The notes beneath the pieces are model-generated. The model was given only the letters and a program-made list of their open reading frames with translations. It ran no database searches and was not told the DNA's origin. A stretch of 63,255 nt of DNA, the filler included. It is 5 parts of 5 records of this genome, joined end to end, with 100 filler letters (N's around TTAATTAATTAA, not from the genome) between each part and the next. Parts side by side here need not be neighbours in the genome. Positions count along the whole stretch, not along the records: positions 1 to 13,581 come from SRR20825019_2484; positions 13,682 to 28,070 come from SRR20825019_2486; 3 more parts are not named here. One strand, written 5' to 3'. Positions 7,702 to 16,559 of the stretch are shown piece by piece; the stretch's first letter is position 1, and every line of letters begins with the position of its first letter. The position numbers and the translations under genes were made by a program.

Positions 7702-8577
7702 ATGTCTGACATATCGAGCCGCCGCCCATGGGGCGTACAGCGTCGCCTGGAATTCATTGAGTTTCGACTATATTGGGAAGGACAAATTAACCGCGGCGAC
7801 ATCTCCGACACCTTTGGTGTATCAACACCACAGGCATCAACAGATCTGAGTGCTTATAGAGAGGTCGCACCAGAAAACTTGGTTTATGACTCTAGCCTCA
7901 AGGTTTACCGAGCGAGTGACCAGTTTGAACCGCAGTTAATAAAACCGGATGCCAATCAATACTTGTCTCAGTTGCGAACATTCAGTCGGGACAAAACATC
8001 CGATACTTGGCTAGGTGATATTCCAGACTTGGATGCGATGCCGATTCCGTTCCGCAAAGTTGAACCATCGATCCTGCGCACGGCCCTCACAGCAATTAAA
8101 GCCAAAAGATCATTAGAGATTTTTTATCATTCCATGAATGATGAATATCCGGAGCCGATGTGGCGCGCAATCAGCCCCCACGCTCTGGCATCAGATGGTC
8201 TTCGTTGGCACATCCGCGCACTTTGTCACCGTTCCCGCACATTCAAAGACTTCATTCTCTCGCGATGTAGAGATTGCAAACTGGCCGATGATGCGCTTGC
8301 TAAAGCCGACGACGATTGGCAATGGCGAGAGTTTTTGGAAGTCAAACTCATCCCCAATCCGAAGCTGTCAGCAGAGCAACAGAAAACCATCGCTATGGAT
8401 TATGAAATGCATGATGGCAAACGGGTAATGAGCATCCGAAAGGCACTATTCTACTACTTCAAAAAGCGGTTGCGCCTGGACATTGCAGAACAGGTTGATC
8501 ACCCCAAAGAAACACCAGTGATCGTCGAGAATTACGAGACATTGTTAAAAGAAGCGAAGTACCGTCAGGACGGTTAA
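7702..8577 (+). CDS. WYL-domain transcriptional regulator, CapW-like (wHTH-WYL-WCX)
   Basis: RRLEFIEFRLYWEGQINRGDISDTFGVSTPQASTDLSAY wHTH; RAISPHALASDGLRWHIRALC...FKDFILSR WYL; IAMDYEM WCX. GGAG precedes ATG 7702 (ORF track starts at 7690). Confidence 0.92.
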   Translation: MSDISSRRPWGVQRRLEFIEFRLYWEGQINRGDISDTFGVSTPQASTDLSAYREVAPENLVYDSSLKVYRASDQFEPQLIKPDANQYLSQLRTFSRDKTSDTWLGDIPDLDAMPIPFRKVEPSILRTALTAIKAKRSLEIFYHSMNDEYPEPMWRAISPHALASDGLRWHIRALCHRSRTFKDFILSRCRDCKLADDALAKADDDWQWREFLEVKLIPNPKLSAEQQKTIAMDYEMHDGKRVMSIRKALFYYFKKRLRLDIAEQVDHPKETPVIVENYETLLKEAKYRQDG

Positions 8578-8592
8578 CTTCGATACAGGACG

Positions 8593-9519
8593 TTGAACAC
8601 CATGAAGTCTGAAAAACGCCCAAGCTGGCAGCAGATCCGACAAAAATTTCCCAACAAGCTTTATCAACGCGTCTTTCCTATTTCCCCGATACTGGTAGCT
8701 CTGGAATGGTTTGCCGGACAGTATTTTTTTGTGACTGCACGGTGTTATTCATGCCGACTGTCATTTCAGGTTACTGCCGCAACACTTGCCTTGCTCGGTG
8801 CGTGGGGCATCTATCAAGAATATCAGTCTTCGCAAGAGGAACGCATTGGTCGCATGTGGCAGATTGCGACAAGCCCTGTGCCTGGAAACAGCGGCAAGAT
8901 TCCCGCGCTCGAATTTCTTCACCAACGCGGAGAACCCTTGGCTGGAATCGGTATCCCCAGATCTTGGTTAAAGGGCGTCAAGCTGGAAGGGGCGAATCTT
9001 GTGAACTCTAATTTGGCAGGTGCGAATCTTACCGAAGCCATTCTGCCCAAATCCAACTTCTACTATAGTAATCTCGAAGGAACAGATTTTCATTACGCCG
9101 TGCTGACAGATGCTGACTTTTCGAAAACGACTCTCAGGAGCACGGCTTTTGTTGGCGCTTCTTTAGGCAGAGCCGACTTTGCCGATATTTGGATCGATGG
9201 GATGTTCAATGAGGCCAATCTTACCGATGCTAATTTTAAAGACGCAAAATTTGATCGTGCGTTCTTTGATCTGTCATGTGCGAAGTCGGCAAACTTTACA
9301 AATGCCAACTTTGCGGGCTCTCAATGGATCACATTCAACGGCACGGACCTGTCCGGAGCAAATCTGACAAACAGCAAAGGCCTGTCTCAGCTTCAACTTG
9401 ATCAAGCGGGATGTGCGCACACGCCACCCAATCTGACGGGTACCGGCCTGACATGGTCCAAAGAGAAGATCTGTGATGCTGGAGAGCTGTCGGCATGTGA
9501 CAAGCTGGCCGACAATTAG
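8593..9519 (+). CDS. Pentapeptide-repeat protein with N-terminal hydrophobic segments
   Basis: Repeated A(N/D)(L/F)xx units (GANLVNSNLAGANLTEAIL..., ANLTDANFKDAKF); hydrophobic stretch LSFQVTAATLALLGAWGIY. Confidence 0.85.
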   Translation: MNTMKSEKRPSWQQIRQKFPNKLYQRVFPISPILVALEWFAGQYFFVTARCYSCRLSFQVTAATLALLGAWGIYQEYQSSQEERIGRMWQIATSPVPGNSGKIPALEFLHQRGEPLAGIGIPRSWLKGVKLEGANLVNSNLAGANLTEAILPKSNFYYSNLEGTDFHYAVLTDADFSKTTLRSTAFVGASLGRADFADIWIDGMFNEANLTDANFKDAKFDRAFFDLSCAKSANFTNANFAGSQWITFNGTDLSGANLTNSKGLSQLQLDQAGCAHTPPNLTGTGLTWSKEKICDAGELSACDKLADN

Positions 9520-9565
9520 TCATCTGCATTAGCCAATATGCAAGATTTATCCATAGGACGGCAGC

Positions 9566-10132
9566 ATGTCCCATTTTCTTGATCAACTATGTAAGTTTCT
9601 CATGCCGTTGCAATTTGCTTTCCTCAGAATTTTCACCTTCCTCATCATTGTCTCGACATCCATGCCATTGGCAGCGAAGGCTCAGGAACAAAAATGGGTC
9701 GCAGAAACATTTTCTCTCCTGAGCAACTTGATCGATGAGCAACGCATGATTCCGGTGAGCAATGAAAACGCACTCGACACTGAAATCCCGGGTGGCTTTG
9801 TGAAGCTGATTGTATCCCTTCCAGTGACTGTCCAGAACGTTGAAATTATCCCCCGACACACAAGTGTTATGTGTAGCTATCAGGCTGTTCGGGAGGGAAA
9901 TCGAATTCCCGTCACCTGTTACCGTATGCTTACACATGAGAAGTATGACTTTCGAATTTCTGCTAGGGTCTACGACCGACAGGGCGGCCTTGGCATTCCG
10001 GCCGATCGTCAGAAAAGCAACGGCGCACTTCAAGCCGATCACGCCAAAGAACTGCAGCTGGTGATTGAAAACGTCGAAGCCGTCGGAACAGTCGGCCGCC
10101 TCTGGTCGCGCACGCCGAACCACGAGAATTGA
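9566..10132 (+). CDS. Hypothetical exported protein
   Basis: Hydrophobic N-terminus ending in AKA-QEQ (signal-peptide-like); co-oriented with the previous two genes. Confidence 0.5.
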   Translation: MSHFLDQLCKFLMPLQFAFLRIFTFLIIVSTSMPLAAKAQEQKWVAETFSLLSNLIDEQRMIPVSNENALDTEIPGGFVKLIVSLPVTVQNVEIIPRHTSVMCSYQAVREGNRIPVTCYRMLTHEKYDFRISARVYDRQGGLGIPADRQKSNGALQADHAKELQLVIENVEAVGTVGRLWSRTPNHEN

Positions 10133-10252
10133 GTTACCGTCAGCTCACAATAAAACAAACTCAAGGTTAGTTGTTTTTGGGATGGGAAGAATAGTCCAGC
10201 TCATGTTCTAGTCGTGACAAACTCGTAGGCAGCACGTGCGCTTTTCTATTTC

Positions 10253-11632
10253 TTACTTTGTTTGAACTTGAGTGAGCTTAGATGCTCTACTCTCCAACGC
10301 ATCAAGATCATCTATGATCAACTGAATTTCGGCAATTTCTGCTTCTGAAACAGAATCCCATAGCTTCTGGGGCCGATCAATGAGTGACCATTTCAACGCA
10401 TGAAATCCGTTCCAAGCCAAACCCATCCAGCTCGCATAATTAGCGTTGAGCAGGTTCTGGGTCACATAAACCTTACCCGCATTCACTGCACTTGAAGTGC
10501 CATACCCGAGAGCGAGCATCGTGCGAAAGCGTGGTGACATCTTGCCAGGCATCGTATCCAGCAGCGTTTGCCCGAACATAGCATCATTTTTGGCAACCTG
10601 TTTGCCAACGTAAAGCGCACGCATAAGCGCTTCCATAATTGCCATTGGAACACTGGTGACAACGAACTGGCGAAAATCATAGCCTTTGACATACATCCAT
10701 TCTATCTGTCGGCCAAAATTTGAATCGCCCACCTGAATGCCTTCAAGCATTCGCAACAATCCCATGAAAGGTGCAGGCAGCCCCATTCCGCGGTTGCCAT
10801 TTGCCGACGGAGCATTAACATCCGAAAGCAAATGCCCAAGCATTCGACCGACCATCTGGAAGATATTTCCCTCCATTGGGCCACTTTTTCCGGGGATTGA
10901 TTTGATTTCACCATCCACAACGACCGTACAGGTCCCGCGGATCATATCGAGAACCCCGAAAATAATCCCCAATACAGGATCATGCGCCAGAGATCTCAGT
11001 CGATGATTAGTCGGATTAATAGTCTTGGGTGCGGCCCCGACCAATTGCGAAATTACAGACGCATCTGCTGAACCAATTTTGTAGATTTTGGCTAGTTCTG
11101 CACTCAGTTCTGGAGAAATCGCAGCATTGAAAGCGTTTTGAACCCACCGATTGAATATTCCGTCCACAGGGGTCTCAAAGGCAGTTGTCGGCTTTAATGG
11201 TGCTTTAACACAAAGCAGATCAAGCATCGCCGCGAACAGTCCGCATGAACATGCTATGGCATAGTCCAAAGCATCCAGATCATATTGACGGTTGAATGCC
11301 TCTATCTGACGACTAATCCGCTCTCCAACGGCACAAAGTTGTTCATCTGTCAGCAAGTCGGTGAGTTCAACGGGGCCTGCATATACTGTTTCAGCCTCGG
11401 CAAATATCTCGGAAATACTGGTTTGAATCCGAATATTTGGCTGAACCACAGTTTCGGACATCTCAATTGCCGAGATCTTCTCCCTATGTGCCGCCGTAAA
11501 ATCCGCCCCAAACCCCTCTAGAGCAAGCCGTGCGCTCTCAAGTTTGGCACCTATGGTCTGATGCCTATTTTCCAAGTTCAGCGATCTGTCTTGAAGCAGC
11601 TTTACGGCTTTGGCTTCCTTGTCACTGGCCAT
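10253..11632 (-). CDS. Hypothetical 459-aa membrane-associated protein with coiled-coil termini
   Basis: Long ORF; motifs HRLRSLAHDPVLGIIFG, GHLLSD..., GLPAPF, MYVKGYDFRQF; overlaps the upstream gene by 11 nt. Confidence 0.8.
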   Translation of the reverse strand: MASDKEAKAVKLLQDRSLNLENRHQTIGAKLESARLALEGFGADFTAAHREKISAIEMSETVVQPNIRIQTSISEIFAEAETVYAGPVELTDLLTDEQLCAVGERISRQIEAFNRQYDLDALDYAIACSCGLFAAMLDLLCVKAPLKPTTAFETPVDGIFNRWVQNAFNAAISPELSAELAKIYKIGSADASVISQLVGAAPKTINPTNHRLRSLAHDPVLGIIFGVLDMIRGTCTVVVDGEIKSIPGKSGPMEGNIFQMVGRMLGHLLSDVNAPSANGNRGMGLPAPFMGLLRMLEGIQVGDSNFGRQIEWMYVKGYDFRQFVVTSVPMAIMEALMRALYVGKQVAKNDAMFGQTLLDTMPGKMSPRFRTMLALGYGTSSAVNAGKVYVTQNLLNANYASWMGLAWNGFHALKWSLIDRPQKLWDSVSEAEIAEIQLIIDDLDALESRASKLTQVQTK

Positions 11633-12167
11633 TTGTAACGGCTTTCTCGGGGGTTGCTCCCTTGTCCGCCTTCTGCGTCAAAAGCTCAATAGCCATAGAA
11701 ATTTCTGCAATCTGCTTTTCAAAATACTCTGCATTTCCTAGCAAGGTCTTTTGAATGTCGTACAAACGCGCAATTGCTTCACGCAGGATGGCCAATCGCT
11801 TGGCTGTTCGCCTCTTCTTGGCAATTGCATAACCACCGATGCCAAGCAAGGCGATCGGTGCTGCAAGAACACCGATACCTGCGACCATTCCACCACCAAC
11901 CAAGCCACCGGCTGCGGCAAGACCCGATGTAATGCCTGAAGCCGATAGACCTGCGGTACCTAAAGCTGACAAGGCGAAGAAAGAGCCGGTTCCACCAACG
12001 CTGGCGCCAACAGCTGTTGCGACACCTTCTGTAATACCTGGATAATCTTTCTCCAAAGAGCCGAATATTTCCTTGATCTGTTGACTGGCGTCATCGCCAA
12101 GTGCTGCAACATCAATCTCAACCACTTCAGCAGGGGTTTCAGGAGAAGTATTAACAATTTCATTCAT
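11622..12167 (-). CDS. Glycine-zipper membrane protein with C-terminal coiled coil
   Basis: About 65-aa Gly/Ala-rich hydrophobic core (ALSALGTAGLSASGITSGLAAAGGLVGGGMVAGIGVLAAP) followed by KKRR and heptad helices; ATG 12167 preferred over TTG 12194. Confidence 0.8.
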   Translation of the reverse strand: MNEIVNTSPETPAEVVEIDVAALGDDASQQIKEIFGSLEKDYPGITEGVATAVGASVGGTGSFFALSALGTAGLSASGITSGLAAAGGLVGGGMVAGIGVLAAPIALLGIGGYAIAKKRRTAKRLAILREAIARLYDIQKTLLGNAEYFEKQIAEISMAIELLTQKADKGATPEKAVTNGQ

Positions 12168-12292
12168 GCTCTTTGTCTCGTCTGAGTGATGCAAAAATCT
12201 AATATGCTTGAACGCTCAACGAAAATAAAATGAAAATTGAATTTGTTTCTATACACTCAATTCTTGAGAGAGTTCACGTTGGGGGCCGACTG

Positions 12293-13294
12293 ATGAGAAA
12301 ACTTGACGAAACCGTACTAGAACTATGCGACATAGTCCTCACTTCGGACTCCGGAATAACGAGTAGGGTGGTTAGAAAACACACGGACAGCGATATTTCA
12401 CATGCAATGTTATACGTGCAGAATCACTCGCTGATTGACTCCACCGGCGACGGCGTTCACGCAAGCAACACGCAAAGAAACCTGTTCGCCGATGATTCAA
12501 GTGTATATGTCCTGCGCACACGTGCTCCACTAACCGACCTTCAAAAGCAATCTATCGTGACTTACGCGCGTACGCAGATTGGTACCAGCTACGCGAAGCT
12601 TCAGGCTGCCGCGGTTGCTCGTTTGAACCCTCTCAAACCAAGTACAACAAATTCGAGAAAACAATTCTGCTCGAGACTTGTGGCTCAAGCGTACGCTTAC
12701 GCAGGCATTGATTTGGTTGAAACCCCAGATTACTGCAGCCCTAACGACCTGAAATCCTCCCAATTATTAGAACCCGTTCCGACGGCCATTCGGACTGCAA
12801 CAGAAGCAGAAATAGCGTTTGCGAACACCTTTGACTCAACAAAACTGATGCAGGATACCTCCAATGCTTTGTTGACCAAAGCAAGGGAGAAAAGCGGCCA
12901 TATAGAAGCCATAAGTGACATTGACACACACCTCTTTCAACATCCAGCAGACGACCAGTTTATGACTGATGCCTTGAAAATCTCGGGATATTTGGGTGTC
13001 TGGCGTCATGACTATAAGGAAAACCCATGGCACTATGATCTCGATCTAATGTCAGAGATTGAGCACACTTCCGCGGTCGAGGAGTACTGCAAGAGCACAG
13101 TGAGCCAGCGTGATACAACTGATCGACTCCAGAAGAATAGAATTGGATACGTTCAATACTTCAGATCATCGAATCTTCAGTACTTCAAAGAATTAGCCGA
13201 ACTATACAAGTTACTTTCTGATCTTGACCGCAAACGCTTAACTGTAGCGCAAGCTTGGTTGTCACAGCTCCAAAATGACAAAAAAGAATCTTAA
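12293..13294 (+). CDS. Permuted papain-like NlpC/P60 amidase (YiiX/YaeF, C92) with helical C-terminal domain
   Basis: DIVLT...SDISHAMLYV (His) precedes KQFCSRLVAQAYAYAG (Cys); G-rich RBS before ATG 12293. Confidence 0.85.
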   Translation: MRKLDETVLELCDIVLTSDSGITSRVVRKHTDSDISHAMLYVQNHSLIDSTGDGVHASNTQRNLFADDSSVYVLRTRAPLTDLQKQSIVTYARTQIGTSYAKLQAAAVARLNPLKPSTTNSRKQFCSRLVAQAYAYAGIDLVETPDYCSPNDLKSSQLLEPVPTAIRTATEAEIAFANTFDSTKLMQDTSNALLTKAREKSGHIEAISDIDTHLFQHPADDQFMTDALKISGYLGVWRHDYKENPWHYDLDLMSEIEHTSAVEEYCKSTVSQRDTTDRLQKNRIGYVQYFRSSNLQYFKELAELYKLLSDLDRKRLTVAQAWLSQLQNDKKES

Positions 13295-13581
13295 ACCACA
13301 TATTTTTCAATGATTTGTACTGCTGGAATACTTGGACCCCTGCGACTGCAGTCGTAATTCGCTATGCGATTAAGTTTTCAACCTCTACGGAGGCTTCAGA
13401 GCATGTGGCGACAACCCATCACCGCACCCGCGCAAAGGCCGAAAAGATGGGAAAGGATGATACCTACCGGTAGTGACGAGAGATTCGTATTTAAGGCTGC
13501 TCGAAGTTTTAAGTTAACAGCGTTGCGTGTTCATTTTGTCCGGAAACAGTCATTAACGGACAAATTCACCCCCGAAACGAT

Positions 13582-13681
13582 NNNNNNNNNNNNNNNNNNN
13601 NNNNNNNNNNNNNNNNNNNNNNNNNTTAATTAATTAANNNNNNNNNNNNNNNNNNNNNNNNNNNNNNNNNNNNNNNNNNNN
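13582..13681. other. Artificial contig spacer
   Basis: N-run with TTAATTAATTAA (stops in all six frames). Confidence 0.99.
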
Positions 13682-14068
13682 GGTGAAAAGAACGCAGCGG
13701 AAAAGGCGCTCGACCTTATGGAGGAGCACAATCGCAACGCCCTCTACGTCGTCGAGGACGACCGGATCGCCGGTCTTGTCACCTATCAGGAACTGGCGGT
13801 CGCTGCCCGGGAAGAAGGCCGCACGGACCTTTCGGAAGTGCTCGTGACGGAAGTCCCCACGGTTTCGCGCGATACGCCGCTCAACGAGCTTTATGGTGCT
13901 GCAAGCGCCGGTTATCCCATAGCCGTTGCCGACAAGCGTGGCCGTCTTGCCGGGGTCATCGAACCGCAGGCGGTGTTTTCTCAGCTTTCAGGCGAGGAAA
14001 GCGAGGAGGTGGTCTCCACCACGGATGAAGCCGACGCCGGCGCCGCACAGAAAGGAGAACGCCAATGA
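13682..14068 (+). CDS. proV: Glycine betaine/proline ABC ATPase, C-terminal CBS part (5' truncated)
   Basis: CBS-like sequence directly upstream of, and overlapping, the proW start. Confidence 0.7.
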   Translation, partial: GEKNAAEKALDLMEEHNRNALYVVEDDRIAGLVTYQELAVAAREEGRTDLSEVLVTEVPTVSRDTPLNELYGAASAGYPIAVADKRGRLAGVIEPQAVFSQLSGEESEEVVSTTDEADAGAAQKGERQ

Positions 14069-14997
14069 TCAGCCCTGCCGATCTCGTTCAGATACCGCTC
14101 GACGACTGGGTCAACAGTTTCGTTCGTGACTTTCTGGTACCGAATTTCCGCCCCTTCTTCCGCGCTATGCAGACACCGATCACGGCTGTTCTCGGCTGGC
14201 TTGATGCATTCTTTCACTGGCTGCCCATGCTGGTGTTCACAGCAGGCCTCACGCTGATAGCCTGGCGTACGGCGGGCCGCGGGGTTGCCATTTTCACGCT
14301 TGTTGCCCTCGCCTTCATAGACATGATCGGCCTCTGGTCGGAGACCATGACCACCCTGTCCATGATCATCACCTCGGTGCTGTTCTGCGCCATGATCGGC
14401 ATCCCACTCGGCATCTGGAGTGCCCGCAGCGACCGTGTGCTCTTCGTTGTACGGCCGATTCTGGACATCATGCAGACGATCCCGTCCTTCGTTTATCTGG
14501 TGCCTATCGTGATGCTGTTCGGTGTAGGCATGGTGCCGGGCATCATCGCCACGATCATCTTTGCTCTTCCGCCGATCATTCGCCTCACCAATCTGGGAAT
14601 CCGCAATGTGCGCGGCGATCTGATCGAAGCGGCGGAGGCCTTCGGCTCCACGCGCTGGCAGATGTTGTGGGAGGTGCAGTTTCCACTGGCACTACGCACC
14701 ATCATGGCGGGTCTCAACCAGACCCTGATGCTGGCTCTGTCGATGGTGGTCATTGCAGCACTGATCGGCGCTGGCGGGCTCGGCCTTACAGTCTATACCG
14801 GCCTCGGTCGCCTCAATGTGGGGGCAGCGACCGCAGGCGGCATCGGCATCGTGCTTCTGGCGATTATCCTTGATCGCATCACCCAATCGCTCGGCGAAAA
14901 GAAAGCCGTGCACACGCCTTCGCTCTGGCAGACCCTGCGCTCAATGTTTGCGCTCGGTAAGCCGGGTGACGAAGAAAAAGCGGGCAAGGCCGCATAG
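14065..14997 (+). CDS. proW: Glycine betaine/proline ABC permease
   Basis: RPILDIMQTIPSFVYLVP, IRLTNLGIR, EAA motif, IMAGLNQTLMLALSMVVIAALIGAGGLG. Confidence 0.95.
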   Translation: MISPADLVQIPLDDWVNSFVRDFLVPNFRPFFRAMQTPITAVLGWLDAFFHWLPMLVFTAGLTLIAWRTAGRGVAIFTLVALAFIDMIGLWSETMTTLSMIITSVLFCAMIGIPLGIWSARSDRVLFVVRPILDIMQTIPSFVYLVPIVMLFGVGMVPGIIATIIFALPPIIRLTNLGIRNVRGDLIEAAEAFGSTRWQMLWEVQFPLALRTIMAGLNQTLMLALSMVVIAALIGAGGLGLTVYTGLGRLNVGAATAGGIGIVLLAIILDRITQSLGEKKAVHTPSLWQTLRSMFALGKPGDEEKAGKAA

Positions 14998-15099
14998 GGC
15001 ACCGCCCGTCTCGCGGAGCGCGATCTGGCGTTCCGCATTCACGGCAGCGGCTCTGCCCTGCCACAATTGTCGAACACGAATTTATGGAGACTGCTTGTT

Positions 15100-16110
15100 A
15101 TGACTGGTCTTAAGAGAAGCATTCCCGCAATCGCAGCCCTGGCGCTGCTTGGCTCCATCGCCATGCCGGCGATGGCGCAGGACGGCCCCGGTGCCGGTAA
15201 AACGATCAAGATGGCGCAGGCCACCTGGGACACAGGCTGGTTCCACGCTGAAATCTACAAGCAGATGTTTGAAGAGCTCGGCTACACGGTCGAAGGTCCG
15301 ACCACGCTCGATAATCCGCCTTTCTATCAGGCGGTCGGGTATGGCGATGTCGACCTTTGGGTGAACGGCTGGTTCCCGATTCACGACACCTATCGTCCGG
15401 CTTTCGAGGCCACGGCGGAGATCGTCGGCGCGGTTGCGACCGGCGGCGCGCTTCAGGGCTACCTCATCGACAAGGCGTCGGCTGAGAAGTTCGAGATCAA
15501 GTCGCTTGACGACTTCAAGCGGGACGAGGTGAAGGAAGCCTTTGACCGTGATGGAGATGGCAAGGCGGATCTCGTGGCTTGCCCGCCCGGCTGGGGCTGT
15601 GAGGTGGCGATCGAGGATCACCTGACAAAATACGAGCTCAAGGATCACATCAACGAGATCAAGGCGAGTTACTCTGCCTCCATGGCGGATGCCGTCGCGG
15701 CCTATGAGAGCGGCGAACCCATCCTCTTCTACACCTGGACCCCCAACTGGACGGTCAACGAGCTGAAGATCGGCGAGGATGTTGTCTGGATTCAGGTTCC
15801 GGAAGAGGCCACGGAGGAGAATGCCGCAGCCGGGATCGATGGCTGTGTTGCCGATCCTTGCGTCATGGGCTTTGAGGCCAATGACATCGTGCCGGTTGCC
15901 AATTCCGGGTTCCTCGAGGAAAACCCGGCTGTTGCAACGCTGCTCAAGTCGGCTTCGATCCCGCTCGAGGACATTTTTGCCCAGAACGCGGCGATGAACG
16001 ATGGCGCTGACAAGCCGGAAGACATCAAGAAGCAGGCTTCTGACTGGATTTCCGATAACCGCGATACCGTTGACGGTTGGCTCGATGCGGCCCGCAAGGC
16101 AGACGAATAA
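15100..16110 (+). CDS. proX: Glycine betaine/proline ABC substrate-binding protein
   Basis: Signal peptide; QGYLIDK, DGDGKADLVACPPGWGCE, FYTWTPNW. Confidence 0.93.
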   Translation: MTGLKRSIPAIAALALLGSIAMPAMAQDGPGAGKTIKMAQATWDTGWFHAEIYKQMFEELGYTVEGPTTLDNPPFYQAVGYGDVDLWVNGWFPIHDTYRPAFEATAEIVGAVATGGALQGYLIDKASAEKFEIKSLDDFKRDEVKEAFDRDGDGKADLVACPPGWGCEVAIEDHLTKYELKDHINEIKASYSASMADAVAAYESGEPILFYTWTPNWTVNELKIGEDVVWIQVPEEATEENAAAGIDGCVADPCVMGFEANDIVPVANSGFLEENPAVATLLKSASIPLEDIFAQNAAMNDGADKPEDIKKQASDWISDNRDTVDGWLDAARKADE

Positions 16111-16159
16111 ATCCGATTGCCTTCAGGGCCTCATTGCTTGAGGTTTTCCAGCACATTTG

Positions 16160-16194
16160 GACCGCGTGCCTCGTCTGGCGCGCGGTCATTTTTT
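16160..16194 (+). terminator. Intrinsic terminator after proX
   Basis: GACCGCGTGCC-loop-GGCGCGCGGTC followed by a T-run. Confidence 0.75.
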
Positions 16195-16239
16195 GTTGTG
16201 ATGTTTTGTTGTGATGACGAGCGGTGCCGCCATGGGCGT

Positions 16240-16518
16240 TTACTGAAGCCGGGCTGGCGATGTGTAGATCGGCACATTGAGATCAAGCGGGCCGGGCGTC
16301 GTCAGACGCGGGATGTCCCGCTGACTGCGCATCCATTCCTGGTGCTGGTCTTCCAGCATATCGCGGCTGCGTTCCAGTTCACGCTGGATCCGAACCTGCC
16401 GCGCCTGTGCCGCTTCACTCTCGGGCCCGTCGTCCGCGCGCGCCAGAGTGCTCGTCAGCATTGCCGCTGCGAAGGCTGCCAGGGCCATGCGATTGAAATG
16501 GACTTTCATGGTGCTCAT
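16240..16518 (-). CDS. Small exported hypothetical protein
   Basis: Signal-peptide-like N-terminus (ALAAFAAAMLTSTLARA). Confidence 0.55.
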   Translation of the reverse strand: MSTMKVHFNRMALAAFAAAMLTSTLARADDGPESEAAQARQVRIQRELERSRDMLEDQHQEWMRSQRDIPRLTTPGPLDLNVPIYTSPARLQ

Positions 16519-16559
16519 TCAGGTCACTCTGGAGCGCCCGGACAGGGGCGCATCCCTTC

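Noticed and set aside
13364-13633. 89-aa ORF at the contig end
   Set aside because: Runs into the N spacer and has no recognisable domain.
13582-13681. TTAATTAATTAA palindrome repeated four times within N-runs
   Set aside because: Artificial six-frame-stop linker joining unrelated contigs; not biological, and ORFs running into it are artefacts.
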